From: Thermoanaerobaculia bacterium
GTDB lineage: Bacteria > Acidobacteriota > Thermoanaerobaculia > Multivoradales > Multivoraceae
Length of the DNA: 64,000 nt
NCBI GenBank assembly: GCA_963664405.1
Contig: OY761158.1
Coordinates: 6,624,001 to 6,688,000 of the forward strand
Reading direction: 5' to 3'
Within the stretch, counting starts at the first letter, position 1, and the number at the start of each line of letters is the position of its first letter. Below are positions 29,274 to 40,700 of the stretch, one piece after another. The translations under genes were made by a program, and so were the position numbers. A model generated the notes under the pieces. The model ran no database searches, was not told where the DNA came from, and worked only from the letters and a program-made list of their open reading frames with translations.

Positions 29274-29722
29274 GCGAGGATCGGCTCGGTATGAGGATGC
29301 CCTTCGACGAGGAGCTTCTTTCCGGCTATCTGGATGGAGCTCTCACCCAACAGGACACGCAGAGAGTGCGGGTGCATCTGGAGGAGTCCACATCCGCTCG
29401 CGCCCTGCTCGAAGAACTGCGGATGATGAGGGAGGCGAGTATGAGTAGTCGGATCGAGACACCGGGCGATGCGCAGTGGAGCGAGGTGCCCAAGACACCT
29501 GCGAGTCGGTGGTCGAAGAGAGCCGGATTTTCGCTGTTGCTGGTTTGGCTAACGGTGGTCTCAGGGGTCGTGCTGTGGGGGGTGGCGACCGGCACCGAGG
29601 CGTGGTGGGAGAAAGCGCTTGTCTTCGGGGGTATTGCTGGCTTGGGGCTGTTGTTCTTTTCGGTGCTACAGGATCGGATCCGTACGAGTCGTACGGATCG
29701 CTATCGGGGGGTGAAGAAATGA
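29270..29722 (+). CDS. Membrane anti-sigma factor (degenerate zf-HC2-like)
   Basis: ELLSGYLDGAL...HL, two TM helices; coupled to the ECF gene. Confidence 0.8.
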   Translation: MSEDRLGMRMPFDEELLSGYLDGALTQQDTQRVRVHLEESTSARALLEELRMMREASMSSRIETPGDAQWSEVPKTPASRWSKRAGFSLLLVWLTVVSGVVLWGVATGTEAWWEKALVFGGIAGLGLLFFSVLQDRIRTSRTDRYRGVKK

Positions 29723-30039
29723 TGGTGGTGACGACGGCTGAGATCAAGGGGAAGAGAATTGTCCGTGTGCTCGGGCTGGTGCGAGGAAACACGATTCGAT
29801 CTCGTCATTTGGGCAAAGACATCATGGCGAGCCTACGCGGCATCATTGGCGGGGAGGTCTCGGAGTACACCAAGCTCTTCGGTGAGGCACGCGAACAGGC
29901 GTTGGATCGGATGGTGGAAGAGGCGAGAGAACTGGGCGCGAACGCGATCGTCGAGATCCGCTTCAGCACCTCGATGGTGATGGCCGGAGCCGCCGAGCTG
30001 CTGGTCTTCGGTACTGGAGTAGTGGTCGAGGACGAGTGA
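29719..30039 (+). CDS. YbjQ/UPF0145 family protein
   Basis: LGLVRG, GGEVSEYT, AREQALDRM..A..LGANAI, GTGV. Confidence 0.92.
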   Translation: MMVVTTAEIKGKRIVRVLGLVRGNTIRSRHLGKDIMASLRGIIGGEVSEYTKLFGEAREQALDRMVEEARELGANAIVEIRFSTSMVMAGAAELLVFGTGVVVEDE

Positions 30040-30043
30040 GCGA

Positions 30044-31941
30044 CTAGGGGCAAGTCTCGAACGCGTTGGTGTCCTGGATCGGAGCAAAGGGGTTGCCCTT
30101 GGGATTCTCGTAACGACGAAGAACACCGCTCTCCGTGTCGACTACGGTGAGAACCACTTCCACATTAGTCAGGCCTGATGCGAAGACCCAGAAGCTCTCG
30201 AAAGCTGTTGAGCAGGCGTCGAGGACCTTGACGATCAGCTCCACGTTTGCGGCGTCGAAGAACCAGAAGTAGCCTGCGTCGTCAGTCAGCTCGATGGCTT
30301 GTCCCGAGCCCGTGTTGTCGTTGAAGTCCTCCCAGGTCACCTCGACTCGAAAACGCCCCTGACTCAGACAGAGCATGGTCTCACTCGGCTCGCACTCCTC
30401 CGGCGGCGAGTCGTTGTCGATGATCAGGACTTCGGCCTCGCTTCGGCTCCCGAGAGAGGCACCGATCGGCTCGCTGAGAGTGAGAGTCACGGTCTCGTCA
30501 GGCTCGATCAAAAGGTCGTCGATCAGCGGAACTTCGAAGCTCTTCTTCGCCGTATCTCCACCGCCCCAGACCAAGGTGCCGCTGACCGCCGTGTAGTCGG
30601 CGCCGGCGGTCGCCGAGCCTCCATCGGTTGCGTAGTTGACGCTGACTGAGCCATCAGCGCCTCCCACCCTCTGTGCCCGCACGGTTACGGTATCCTCGCT
30701 CTCGTTTACTTGATAACGATCTCTGGTGAGCTCGAGCGCGCCGGCGACCGCGGTGCCGACCAGGCGAGCAAGGACTCCGTCGGCGGAGGTCAGGTAGATC
30801 TCCCCGTTGACGTCCTCACCAAAGCTGGTGAGCTCAGCTAGCACGAGATCGAGCTCCTCGGTCTCCCAGATCTGGCCGATTCTCCTTGCGGCCCAGAGTG
30901 CCCCGGTGCAGAAATCTCCGTACAGGTAGTCGCCTTGGAGCTGCGGGACCTGGTCACCGCGGTACACGTAGCCGCCGATTACGGAACATCCGCCACCGCC
31001 GTGGCCGTACTCGATCGCGGGACTCGTGAAGGCGATGTCGCGGTGCAGGCGGGTACTGGATCTGGACACGCCCCGACTGCGTTGATACAGAGGGTGCCTT
31101 CGAGGCGCGCCCAGCCGTAGTTCTCGCCACCGCGGCTGGATGCGGGCTGGAAGTTCACTTCCTCCCGCGAGCTCTGGCCGACGTCACCGATGAAGAGATC
31201 GCCTGTCTGTCGATCGAAGGAGAACCTCCACGGGTTGCGCAAGCCCAGGGCCCAGACCTCGTCGCCCGGCCCGCCATCGCCGACGAAGGGGTTGTCGGCG
31301 GGAATGCCGAAGAAGGGCGGCGTGTCGATGCTCGTGTCGACATCGAGCCGCAACATCTTGCCGAGCAAGGTTCCGTCACGCTGAGCATTACATAGGGGGT
31401 CGTTGCCGCCACCGCCGTCGCCGAGGCCCAGGTAGAGATAGCCTTGGGGACCGAACTGGAGCTGCCCTCCGTTGTGATTCGCTTGGGGCTGGTCGACGTT
31501 CAGAAGAATGACTGCGGAGTCCTCGTCCGCGATGGCGGGGTTGCCGGAGACCTCGTACCTGGCCAGTACCGAGTTTCCGGCGAGGTCGGTATAGCTGACG
31601 AAGATCAGGCCGTTCTGGGCGTAGTTGGGGTGGAAGGCGACACTGAAGAGACCGCGTTCCGGCCCCTGGGAGGCCAGGGCCCCGATGTCGAGGAAGGGGG
31701 CGGCCAGGATCTCGACGCCGTCCCAGACCAGGATCCGGCCGTCTAGGAGGGCGATGAAGAGCCTCTCGTCGCCGGCATGGGTCACCGCGACCGGAGTGCC
31801 AAGCCCCTGGGTGACAACCTCCAGCGCGAGCGAGGGCGGTTGAGCCTCCGACGGGAGTGGCATCAGGCCGGCGATCGAGAGTACGGCCGCGCTAAGCACC
31901 ACAACGAGCCGAGCGCGACAAGGACTCCGAGTCAAGCTCAC
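30044..31941 (-). pseudogene. PQQ-dependent sugar dehydrogenase (YliI/sGDH-like) + Calx-beta + C-terminal domain, frameshift near 31040
   Basis: ERGLFSVAFHP, NHNGG, GLRNPWRFSFD, NYGW in one frame; SVIGGYVYRG, SFGED and Calx-beta in another. Confidence 0.8.
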
Positions 31942-34289
31942 TGAGCACCTCGTTCAGCGGGCCACAGTGTCGCGAGCGCGGGCAGAGTGGTAATCGACGC
32001 CAGCAGACACAGAGGCAGACCGATGAGCATGACCAGTGCCATGCTCTCCAGTCCAGCGTGATTAGTAAAGAGCAGTACCAAGAAACTACTGCAGGTAGTC
32101 GCGGTCGTCATGAGAATTGCCCGGCCGACAGCACCGGCAGCGGCCGCGGGGGAGTCTTCGGGCTTTTCCTTCAACCGATGTGCCACGTGAATGCCATCGT
32201 CTACGCCAAGGCCGACGATCAGGGGAACCACCAAAGAAGTCATTACATTGAAGCCGATTCCGAGCCAGCAGAGTATTCCGAAGGTGCTCAGCGTGCCTAG
32301 TATGACCGGTACCAGCGCCAGGGTCAGGTAACGAAAGCTGCGCAGGTCCACAGCGAGGACGATCACCACGAATGCGAGTATTCCTGCTGCGACTCCTTTG
32401 ACCCAGGGGCGCTCGGCTGCGAGCATTCCCTCGAGCAGGGTGGCGAGGGCCGTGGCGTCCGGATGGATCGCTTGCGCGGCCCGACGTTCCACTGCCGCCT
32501 GCTCGCCATCGAAAGTAGGCTTGGCGGCATAGGCGTAGAAGAGCAGGGTGCCATCCGGCGCGACGAAGCGCTCACGCAGAGTCGGCGGCAGATCCTCGAT
32601 CCCGGGCGGGCCCCGTCGTTCTGCGTCCCGGAGGAGCTCCATGGCATCGCGGAAGGCCGCGATCTCCGGGCCCGCGCCGGCCTGCTGCAGAGTCTCCGCT
32701 TGCTCCAGGCGCTCGCTGACCAAGGAGCGGAGATCGGTGAGAATGCTCTGCCTCTCCGGTTGATCGGACGGAAAGAAGCGCGCGATGCTCTCGGTGCGCG
32801 AAAAGAGGGGCTCCTCCTTGAACTGGGCCTCGAGCTCGCGCGTCTGGTCCAGATTGTCGACGCCCATCACCCACGGAGCTGTGTTCAGCTCGAAGAGATC
32901 TTGGATTCGTTCCACGGTTGCGACCGCGGGAACGTCTCGATTGAACACCTTTTGGAGGTCGGTCTCGACGCGAAAGCGTGGAGCTCCGGCGAGCGCTGCT
33001 CCCATCAGCAGTCCCGAGACCAGGAGACAAATTCGAGGATGACGGGTGGCGATCGTGGCGGTATGCATGACCAGGCTCACTCTCTCAGTGCTTGGGGCGG
33101 GCGATGCGGCCCCTAAGCCGTGGCGGTCGAGTAGTGCCCATAGAGGCGGCATCATCCCGACCACGAGAATCAAACAGAAGAGGAGGCCGATTCCGCCAGA
33201 AAGGCCGAGATGGAGGGCCACCGGGTCCGGAGCCGCGGCCGTTACGAAGAACGCTCCGGCGGTCGTCAGCGCCCCGGCGATCACCCCTCGACCGGTACCC
33301 CGAAGAGTGGAGACGAGGGCGCTCGCGAAACGTCGCTCGCGGAGGAGCTCTTCCTGTTGTCGAACGATCAGATGGATGGTGAAGTCGATGCCCAATCCGA
33401 AGATCGTCACACCGAAGAATGTCTCCATGACGGTGATTTTGCCGAGAACGAGTCCCATAGCGCCCAAGGTGGCGCTGATGGCGAGAAGGAGGGGAAAGAC
33501 AACGACCGCGAGGCCGACCAGGCGTCGCTCGATTCGGGAAAAGACCAGGAGGACGAGGAGCAGGCTGAACGGGCTCAGTCGACGGATGGTACCGAGCGTT
33601 CGTGTCTGGTCCTGGGCCGCGATCGCCGGTAGGCCGGAGAACTCGGCGGTGAAACCGGGGTGTTGAGCGATCAGTTCTTCGGCCTGAGCTGCGAGCTCGA
33701 AGAAGCTGGCGTTGCCGAGAGCGACGTCGAGGGGGTTCTCCTTGAGCCGCACCTGGATGAGGCGCATGCCTTCGAGCCGGGTCGGGTCGAGGTTCGAGGG
33801 AATCTCCATCTCTTCCCTAAGGAAGCGAGCGTTGTCGAGATCCGATGGATCGCGGACCAAACGGACCCATGCATCGAAAACGGGCCTCTCTGCGATCCAG
33901 ATCGCGTTTTCGGTGAGCCATTGGGTTGGCATCGAAAAGTATGCTGAGCGAACGAGATCCGAGCCCGCGAGGTCTCTCTCCAAGGCGCTCGCCACGTCGT
34001 CGATCCGGGACTCGGGGCCGGAGAGGAGGAGGATGAGCTCCCCACCGAGCTGATAGCGACGGCTGAGCCTGAAATAGCGCTCGATCTCAGGATTGTCCCG
34101 GTCCATGATGCCCGCGAAACTGAGGTCGACCGGGGTCGACAGCGCGAACGGGGTGAGAGCGAGAAAGGGTGCCGAGAGCAGAATGAGGACGCGGAGGGGG
34201 TGCCTCTCAGAGAGGGTCGCATGACGCTCTAGGAGTCCTCGTAGGCCCGTCCTACGAGTCGGCACGGGAGTCGTGTCCGGGCGGTTCAC
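31938..34289 (-). CDS. MMPL/RND family transporter
   Basis: Two halves with GLGIDFTIH and GLGVDDGIH motifs and TM bundles; probable GTG start 34289. Confidence 0.85.
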   Translation of the reverse strand: MNRPDTTPVPTRRTGLRGLLERHATLSERHPLRVLILLSAPFLALTPFALSTPVDLSFAGIMDRDNPEIERYFRLSRRYQLGGELILLLSGPESRIDDVASALERDLAGSDLVRSAYFSMPTQWLTENAIWIAERPVFDAWVRLVRDPSDLDNARFLREEMEIPSNLDPTRLEGMRLIQVRLKENPLDVALGNASFFELAAQAEELIAQHPGFTAEFSGLPAIAAQDQTRTLGTIRRLSPFSLLLVLLVFSRIERRLVGLAVVVFPLLLAISATLGAMGLVLGKITVMETFFGVTIFGLGIDFTIHLIVRQQEELLRERRFASALVSTLRGTGRGVIAGALTTAGAFFVTAAAPDPVALHLGLSGGIGLLFCLILVVGMMPPLWALLDRHGLGAASPAPSTERVSLVMHTATIATRHPRICLLVSGLLMGAALAGAPRFRVETDLQKVFNRDVPAVATVERIQDLFELNTAPWVMGVDNLDQTRELEAQFKEEPLFSRTESIARFFPSDQPERQSILTDLRSLVSERLEQAETLQQAGAGPEIAAFRDAMELLRDAERRGPPGIEDLPPTLRERFVAPDGTLLFYAYAAKPTFDGEQAAVERRAAQAIHPDATALATLLEGMLAAERPWVKGVAAGILAFVVIVLAVDLRSFRYLTLALVPVILGTLSTFGILCWLGIGFNVMTSLVVPLIVGLGVDDGIHVAHRLKEKPEDSPAAAAGAVGRAILMTTATTCSSFLVLLFTNHAGLESMALVMLIGLPLCLLASITTLPALATLWPAERGAQ

Positions 34290-34382
34290 GGCGTCGACGG
34301 TAGCACTCCGGTCGCGCGATTTGGCCTCTGTTGCCTGGGTTCCTGGGCTCTGGGATGATGTCGCGGTTGAGCAGGTGACGTA

Positions 34383-37300
34383 GTGCACGAGAGAGTCTGG
34401 CAGTTTTGGATCGACGTCGGTGGTACCTTCACCGACTGCCTGGGCAGGTCGCCGTCTGGATCCATCGCGACGACAAAAGTTCTGAGCTCGGCCGTGGTCA
34501 AGGGCTCGGTGAGGCGATTTTGCGAAGCGAGACAGCTTGTCGGCTCGGGGCTCGAGCTCTATCCGGATCACTTTTTCCGTGCTTACCGGCTGCGCCTACT
34601 GGATGGCGTCGGCGCGGTGCAGGGTGAGAGCCGAGTCGCCGACTCCTTTTCCGAGGGCGGGACGCTGGTCTTGGAACACGCGCTCATGCAGACGGACGAG
34701 CTCTCCGGTGGACTCCAATTCGAGCTTGCCAGCGGCGAGCCTGCGCCGATTCTTGCGATTCGTCGCATTCTTCGCTTACGTCTCTCGGAGCCGCTTGGCG
34801 AGATCGAAGTGCGACTGGGCACGACTCGGGCGACAAACGCTCTTCTGGAGCGGAGAGGGGCCCGTACCGCGCTGGTCACGACGAAGGGCTTTGGAGACAT
34901 TCTCCTCATTGCCAATCAGGACCGTCCAAGGTTGTTCGAGCTCGACATTCGGAAGGCTCCACCGCTCTTTTCTCGAGTAGTGGAGGTGGAGGAGCGAATG
35001 GATGCGGAGGGCATGACACTGGTCGAGCCCGAGCTCGAGCCACTGCGAGCTCAGTTGGCGGAGCTCGTTGCTCAGGGGGTCGAGGCGATTGCGATCTGCC
35101 TCCTCAACTCCTATCGCAATTCTCGCCATGAAGAGCTCGTCGCGGCCGTTGCCCACGAGACTGGGTGTCCACAGGTGTCGGTCTCATCGACACTGTCGCC
35201 GACGATCAAGATGGTGCCGCGAGGGGACACCGCAGTCGTCGATGCTTATCTCTCTCCGGTGATCCGTGACTATGTGAAGGACATTCGTGCTTCGATGCCG
35301 CTGGGCCGCCTCAAGCTGATGACCAGCGCCGGGGGGCTTGTAGCCGCGGAGACGGCGAGTGGGAAGGACACCATTCTGAGCGGTCCGGCTGGGGGCGTGG
35401 TCGCTCTGGCTGAGGTCTCCGAGGCAGCGCGGCTGGCACGGACCATAGGCTTCGATATGGGGGGCACTTCTTCTGATGTCAGTCGTTTTTCAGGTGAGCT
35501 CAGCTACGAGTACGAGACCGAGAAGGCCGGTGTTCGCATTGTCTCGCCGATGTTGGCGATCGAGACGGTCGCGGCCGGGGGTGGCTCGATCTGTGGGTTT
35601 GACGGTCAGAAGTTGGTGGTCGGTCCTCGCAGCGCCGGAGCCGACCCCGGGCCTGCTTGTTACGGCAGGGGCGGACCTCTCGCTCTGACCGATGCCAATC
35701 TCTTCCTGGGTCGCGTGCTGTCGGAGTACTTCCCCTTCCCACTTGATGCCGATGCCGTCGAGCGTGGCCTGACGCTGGTGGCTGAGCGCGTCCGAGACGA
35801 GATCGGCCAGGAGCTCACACTTCAGGAGCTGGCCACCGGCTTCGTACGCATCGCGAACAATAGTATGGCCGCCGCAATTCGTCGCATCTCTGTCGCCAAG
35901 GGCTACGACGTACGAGATTACGCCTTGATCTGTTTCGGAGGAGCCGGCGGACAGCACGCCTGTGCTTTGGCGAGAGAGCTTGGCATGAAGAAGGTTCTGG
36001 TCCACCCTTACGCCGGGGTCCTCAGTGCCTGGGGCATGGGTGTCGCCGACGTTCGGCGCTTCGCGGTAATGACAGTGCTCGAGCCCCTGAGTCCCGAGGT
36101 GCTGAGGGGACTGAGGGCCCCTCTCGGCGAGCTCGAGGGGAAGCTTCGCGACGAAGTGCTCGGTGAGGGGATTCGCGGCGACCACCTGACCAGCCGGGTG
36201 CTCTTGGACCTTCGCTATCGCGGCCAGTCGACTTCGTTGCAGATCACCGAGCCCGCAGGGGAGGACTGGGCGGGGGCGTTCGAGAAAGAGCATATTCGTC
36301 TTTATGGTCACCACTTTGCCGATCGAGAGATCGAGATTGAAGCGGCTCGATTGGAGGTGAGAGGTGCCGCGGAGAAGGCAAGCCCCGAGCTCGCCGAGGA
36401 AGAGCCGAGAGCAGCGGAGCCGGTGTCCAGTAGCCGCTTTACGGTTGACGGTGAATGGGTCGAGGCTCCTGTCTTCGACCGTGGGCTGCTGCGACCCGGG
36501 GACACTTTTGCAGGCCCTGCGATCGTTGTCGAAGCTACGGGTACCACGGTCGTGGACGCCGGTTGGAGCTTTCACCTGAGCGGGCGGGGGGATCTCGAGC
36601 TCGCCGACGAGGGCGTCGAGGCGACGCACAAGCACCCCTCGGCGGTAAGTCCCGTCGAGCTCGAGATCTTCAACAGCCACTTCGCGTCGATCGCTGAGGA
36701 GATGGGAGCTACGCTTCGGCGTACCTCGCTCTCCGTCAACGTCAAAGAGCGCCTCGATTTTTCATGTGCCGTTTTCTCCGGTGACGGCAGTCTGGTCGCC
36801 AACGCTCCGCATATGCCTGTTCATCTCGGCGCGATGAGCGAGACCGTGCGCCAGGTGCTTGTAGACGTGCCGGATCTGATTCGGGGAGATGTCATCGTCA
36901 CCAACGACCCCTTCCGCGGAGGGTCCCATCTACCGGATATCACTGTGGTCACACCGCTCTTCCAAGGAGAGAGCGAGCGCCCCGAGTTCTTCACCGCGAG
37001 CCGCGCACACCATGCCGAGATCGGCGGAATTCGACCCGGTAGCATGCCTCCGGACTCGGAGAACCTGGATCAAGAAGGAGTTCTCATCCGGAGCTTCAAA
37101 TTGGTGGAGGGGGGCCGCCCTCGTTTTGCGGAGTTACGGCGCCTGCTCGTTGGAGCGACCTATCCATCTCGGTCGCCGGACGAGAATCTGGCGGATCTGG
37201 GCGCGCAGGTCGCGGCCAACCAGCTGGGAGTCCGACGGTTGCGGGAGCTAATGACCGCGAGCGGACACGAGGCTACGCTCGCCTATATGGGTCACATCCA

Positions 37301-38231
37301 GCAAGCCGCGGAGGCAAAGATGCGCCGTAGCCTGGAGGAGCTGCAGGATGGGGTTTACGAATTCGAGGATCGCCTCGATGAAGGATCTGTTGTCCGGGTT
37401 CGTATCGAGATACTCGGGGATGAGGCGGTCCTCGACTTCGGCGGTACTTCGCCGCCGGTGGCTTCCAATCTGAACGCCAATCTCGCGATCGTCAAGGCGG
37501 CGGTGATCTATTGTTTTCGCTGTCTCATCGATGAGGACATTCCGCTCAATGAAGGAGTGCTCGCTCCGCTCCGACTGGTAGTTCCGGTGAGCCTTCTGAA
37601 CCCTCCAGCCGCAGATGATCCGCGCCAATGCCCGGCGGTCGTTGGTGGCAACGTAGAGACTTCCCAGCGAGTGACTGACGTCATCCTCGGCGCTTTGGGC
37701 CTCGCCGCGGCGAGCCAGGGCACGATGAACAATCTGACCTTCGGCGATGGCAGTTTCGGCTACTACGAAACGATATGCGGGGGAGCGGGGGCCGGGCCTG
37801 GCTGGAATGGCGCTCACGCCGTTCATACCCACATGACCAACACCAGACTAACCGACCCGGAGGTTCTCGAGGCGCGTTACCCGGTGCGCCTGCGAAGGTT
37901 CGAGATCCGCCAGGGATCCGGGGGTAGCGGGCGCTTTCGCGGCGGCGACGGTTGCCGGCGCGAGATCGAGTTTCTGGCTCCGCTCGAGGTATCGATTCTC
38001 AGCCAGCGCCGCACTACCCGCCCCTTCGGGCTGGCAGGCGGCCGGCCGGGGGCGGCCGGCCAAAACACCCTTCTTGGTGCCGATGGGAAGGAGGTCGAGC
38101 TTGGAGGTGTTGCGAGCTTTGGTGCCGCGGTGGGGGACCGCCTCCTGATCGAGACTCCCGGGGGTGGCGGCTTTGGGGAGGAGAAGGAGGGCAGGGTCTC
38201 CGCCGGCTCTACTCGGCCAAGAAGGGTTTGA
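34383..38231 (+). CDS. 5-oxoprolinase / hydantoinase A+B fusion
   Basis: [59 protein letters not shown]. Confidence 0.93.
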   Translation: MHERVWQFWIDVGGTFTDCLGRSPSGSIATTKVLSSAVVKGSVRRFCEARQLVGSGLELYPDHFFRAYRLRLLDGVGAVQGESRVADSFSEGGTLVLEHALMQTDELSGGLQFELASGEPAPILAIRRILRLRLSEPLGEIEVRLGTTRATNALLERRGARTALVTTKGFGDILLIANQDRPRLFELDIRKAPPLFSRVVEVEERMDAEGMTLVEPELEPLRAQLAELVAQGVEAIAICLLNSYRNSRHEELVAAVAHETGCPQVSVSSTLSPTIKMVPRGDTAVVDAYLSPVIRDYVKDIRASMPLGRLKLMTSAGGLVAAETASGKDTILSGPAGGVVALAEVSEAARLARTIGFDMGGTSSDVSRFSGELSYEYETEKAGVRIVSPMLAIETVAAGGGSICGFDGQKLVVGPRSAGADPGPACYGRGGPLALTDANLFLGRVLSEYFPFPLDADAVERGLTLVAERVRDEIGQELTLQELATGFVRIANNSMAAAIRRISVAKGYDVRDYALICFGGAGGQHACALARELGMKKVLVHPYAGVLSAWGMGVADVRRFAVMTVLEPLSPEVLRGLRAPLGELEGKLRDEVLGEGIRGDHLTSRVLLDLRYRGQSTSLQITEPAGEDWAGAFEKEHIRLYGHHFADREIEIEAARLEVRGAAEKASPELAEEEPRAAEPVSSSRFTVDGEWVEAPVFDRGLLRPGDTFAGPAIVVEATGTTVVDAGWSFHLSGRGDLELADEGVEATHKHPSAVSPVELEIFNSHFASIAEEMGATLRRTSLSVNVKERLDFSCAVFSGDGSLVANAPHMPVHLGAMSETVRQVLVDVPDLIRGDVIVTNDPFRGGSHLPDITVVTPLFQGESERPEFFTASRAHHAEIGGIRPGSMPPDSENLDQEGVLIRSFKLVEGGRPRFAELRRLLVGATYPSRSPDENLADLGAQVAANQLGVRRLRELMTASGHEATLAYMGHIQQAAEAKMRRSLEELQDGVYEFEDRLDEGSVVRVRIEILGDEAVLDFGGTSPPVASNLNANLAIVKAAVIYCFRCLIDEDIPLNEGVLAPLRLVVPVSLLNPPAADDPRQCPAVVGGNVETSQRVTDVILGALGLAAASQGTMNNLTFGDGSFGYYETICGGAGAGPGWNGAHAVHTHMTNTRLTDPEVLEARYPVRLRRFEIRQGSGGSGRFRGGDGCRREIEFLAPLEVSILSQRRTTRPFGLAGGRPGAAGQNTLLGADGKEVELGGVASFGAAVGDRLLIETPGGGGFGEEKEGRVSAGSTRPRRV

Positions 38232-39096
38232 CCACGGCGAGGAGCTCGTCGAGCTTGTCGTGGTGCACCCAGTGGCCGGCATCGGAGAAGGCACTCACGC
38301 GGGCATCTTGGAAAGCACTGAGCCGTCCATCTTCGGTCGGATCGGAGGCCCAGCTCTCGGTGCCGTGGACCAACAGGGCAGGTGAGCTGATTCTCCCCCA
38401 GATCGAGCGCAGGTCCTCGCCGCTGAATTGATAGGGCCCGAGGACTCGCACGTAATTGTCGAACTTCCAGCTATAAGTCCCGTCCTCGTTGCGAGAGACC
38501 CCATGAATGGTGAGATGTCTGGCCTGCTCATCCGAGAGGTGCCGGTTCGCCTCCTTCATTCGTGTCATCGCCGCTTCCATGGAGGGATACTTTCTAGGGC
38601 TGCGGCCTGCTAGGTCTTGCATCTTGGAGATCCATCCGTTCATGCGCTCCCAGGCTTCGACGCCCCGCCTGCGGTCGATCATCTCGGGCGGGGCTCCGAG
38701 CCCTTCGATCGAGACCACGCGGCTCACGTTCTGTGGGTAGGTGCCCGTGTAGTGGAGGGCCACGGCGCCACCGAGAGAATGGCCGATGATGCGTACCGGA
38801 TACTCGTCAATAGCCTTGAGTAGCTGCACCATGTCGAGCACGAAGTCGGACTGGGTGTACATGCCGCCGATCGACCACGCGCTGTCGCCATGTCCCCTGA
38901 GATCCGGGGCGACGATGTGATAATCCAAGCGTAGCTCTCGGGCCACCCAGTCCCAGTTGTGGGCGTGATCTCGGCCGCCGTGGATGAGGAGGAGGAGGGG
39001 CTTCTGCGGGCTCCCCCAATCGAGATAGTGGAGGCGCAGACGCTGCGAAATGTAGAACTGCGATGCCGGGCCGATGATATCGGGTTGGTTGGCCAT
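38209..39096 (-). CDS. Alpha/beta hydrolase
   Basis: HGGRDH, DLRGHGDS, GHSLGG, AGHWVHHD. Confidence 0.92.
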   Translation of the reverse strand: MANQPDIIGPASQFYISQRLRLHYLDWGSPQKPLLLLIHGGRDHAHNWDWVARELRLDYHIVAPDLRGHGDSAWSIGGMYTQSDFVLDMVQLLKAIDEYPVRIIGHSLGGAVALHYTGTYPQNVSRVVSIEGLGAPPEMIDRRRGVEAWERMNGWISKMQDLAGRSPRKYPSMEAAMTRMKEANRHLSDEQARHLTIHGVSRNEDGTYSWKFDNYVRVLGPYQFSGEDLRSIWGRISSPALLVHGTESWASDPTEDGRLSAFQDARVSAFSDAGHWVHHDKLDELLAVVKPFLAE

Positions 39097-39100
39097 GGCG

Positions 39101-40645
39101 CTATTGTACGCGGGGTGTAGCCGGGCACCTGGGCGCGGTGTTCAGTCGCCAAATGGCTGCCAAGCGGCCGGAGGCGAAGAGCGGGCCACGGACGACTGTT
39201 CGGAGAGTGTCATAGGTGTCGCGGACGCACGGATCGACGATCCGATTTTCACCGGTCTCCAAGGACTCGATGTACCCGGTGGGGAGCTCCCGGCTGAAGT
39301 GGCCGATGCGCCACCATCGATTCGGCTCCATCGGCAGTCGAGCGAGAAGTGGGTCGCCCACCGCCCACTGATCGACCAGATGGACGCCGGGGCCGGCGTA
39401 GTAGCCGAACAACCCGATCCCCTCGCCGAGGGCGACAGAGGGTCCTCGACGACGCAGATCCTTCCCAGCTTCGACGTCGGCGTGGGCCGGCATCGACTCG
39501 AAGCGGCCGGCGTTGAGAAGCCCTGTGGTGGGGTAGTAGTAGTAACGCTCATTGGTGATTCTGAAGCGGTCGACTCGCTTGGTCTCGACGGCTCCGTACT
39601 CGGCTCCGGCGGCGACTCGATGGGCGAGCCCTGGCAACCCGAGCCCCAGGGCGAGCGCCGGGATCAGCCAGGCTCGGCGACCGCGCTGGGGGTGCCAGTA
39701 GTGCATCCACATAGCGACAGCGAAGACCAAGGGGAGGCTGAAGAACCTTCCGCTCATGAAGTCGCCGCCGATACGTACGATGTAGGCTAGATAGAGTAGC
39801 GTTCCGGCACCGATCCATCGTTGCTCCCGGCCGCGAGCCGTGAAGCAACAGAGGAGCGCGCCGCCGATGCTCAGAAGGGTGACGGGGTCCCAGCTCAGGG
39901 AATTGAGAAAGTATCCGAGGCCCTGTTTTGCGAGCTCCAGAGAGGAGATGCCGGTACCGAGCTTCGCATAGGCGCTATTGGGGAAGGGGGCGCCATAGTA
40001 GAAGAGCGTGAACGCCACCCAGGCCAACATTGGAGCGCCTCCGACAATCGAGGCTACGAGCTTCTGTGCCTTCGGCAAGGTCCACATCCTCGCCAGTAGA
40101 GCCGGAAGGTAGAGAAGGATCGTATCCATGCGGTTGAGCATGGCCAGGGTAGAGATCAGGATGAGTACCGTGACTTCTCGCGAGCCTCGCCCAGCCCGGA
40201 AGTAGCGCCACAGGAAGAGGGCCGCGAGGGCGTGGCTGAGTGGGTTCTCTAGCCCGGACGCTGAGTACTCGATGAAGGCTTTGGAAAGAGCCAGTAGCAT
40301 GAGCCCAAGCAACATCCCTTCGACACTGCGAGCGACACCCCTTCCCAGAACCGCGACGGCTAGTAGGGTGAACGCCACGGATAAGAGAGTACTGGTGTAG
40401 TAGGCCTCTCCCGTCAGCGAATAGAGGGCCGCAATCGAGAGCATCCACAGCGGATGGGTGTAGGTCTGGACTCGCTCGGCTGCGTTCCAACGAAGGCCGA
40501 GACCATGACTCCAATTGTCGACCGTACGAAAGGTGATGTACGCGTCGTCGCAGATCCAGGCGGACCAGAGAACCAGGATCAACAGAACGGCGCCACCGCC
40601 GGTCAGGATCCAGATGAAGCCGCGCTTCCCGCCAGGGTGGCCCAT
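39101..40645 (-). CDS. GT-C fold membrane glycosyltransferase (AftB-like)
   Basis: DDAYITFR, ER...THPLW, SGLE, PNSAYAK, GGDFM.GRF, D.LLARLP, RIGH..R. Confidence 0.75.
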   Translation of the reverse strand: MGHPGGKRGFIWILTGGGAVLLILVLWSAWICDDAYITFRTVDNWSHGLGLRWNAAERVQTYTHPLWMLSIAALYSLTGEAYYTSTLLSVAFTLLAVAVLGRGVARSVEGMLLGLMLLALSKAFIEYSASGLENPLSHALAALFLWRYFRAGRGSREVTVLILISTLAMLNRMDTILLYLPALLARMWTLPKAQKLVASIVGGAPMLAWVAFTLFYYGAPFPNSAYAKLGTGISSLELAKQGLGYFLNSLSWDPVTLLSIGGALLCCFTARGREQRWIGAGTLLYLAYIVRIGGDFMSGRFFSLPLVFAVAMWMHYWHPQRGRRAWLIPALALGLGLPGLAHRVAAGAEYGAVETKRVDRFRITNERYYYYPTTGLLNAGRFESMPAHADVEAGKDLRRRGPSVALGEGIGLFGYYAGPGVHLVDQWAVGDPLLARLPMEPNRWWRIGHFSRELPTGYIESLETGENRIVDPCVRDTYDTLRTVVRGPLFASGRLAAIWRLNTAPRCPATPRVQ

Positions 40646-40700
40646 GGGAGGCGATGATACAGCTCGATCGTGTCTCCTCCGCTATGATTCTGCCGAATTG

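Noticed and set aside
31938-38231. Apparent 190-bp head-to-head overlap of the MMPL and oxoprolinase ORFs
   Set aside because: Artefact of longest-ORF calling; the MMPL gene probably starts at GTG 34289.
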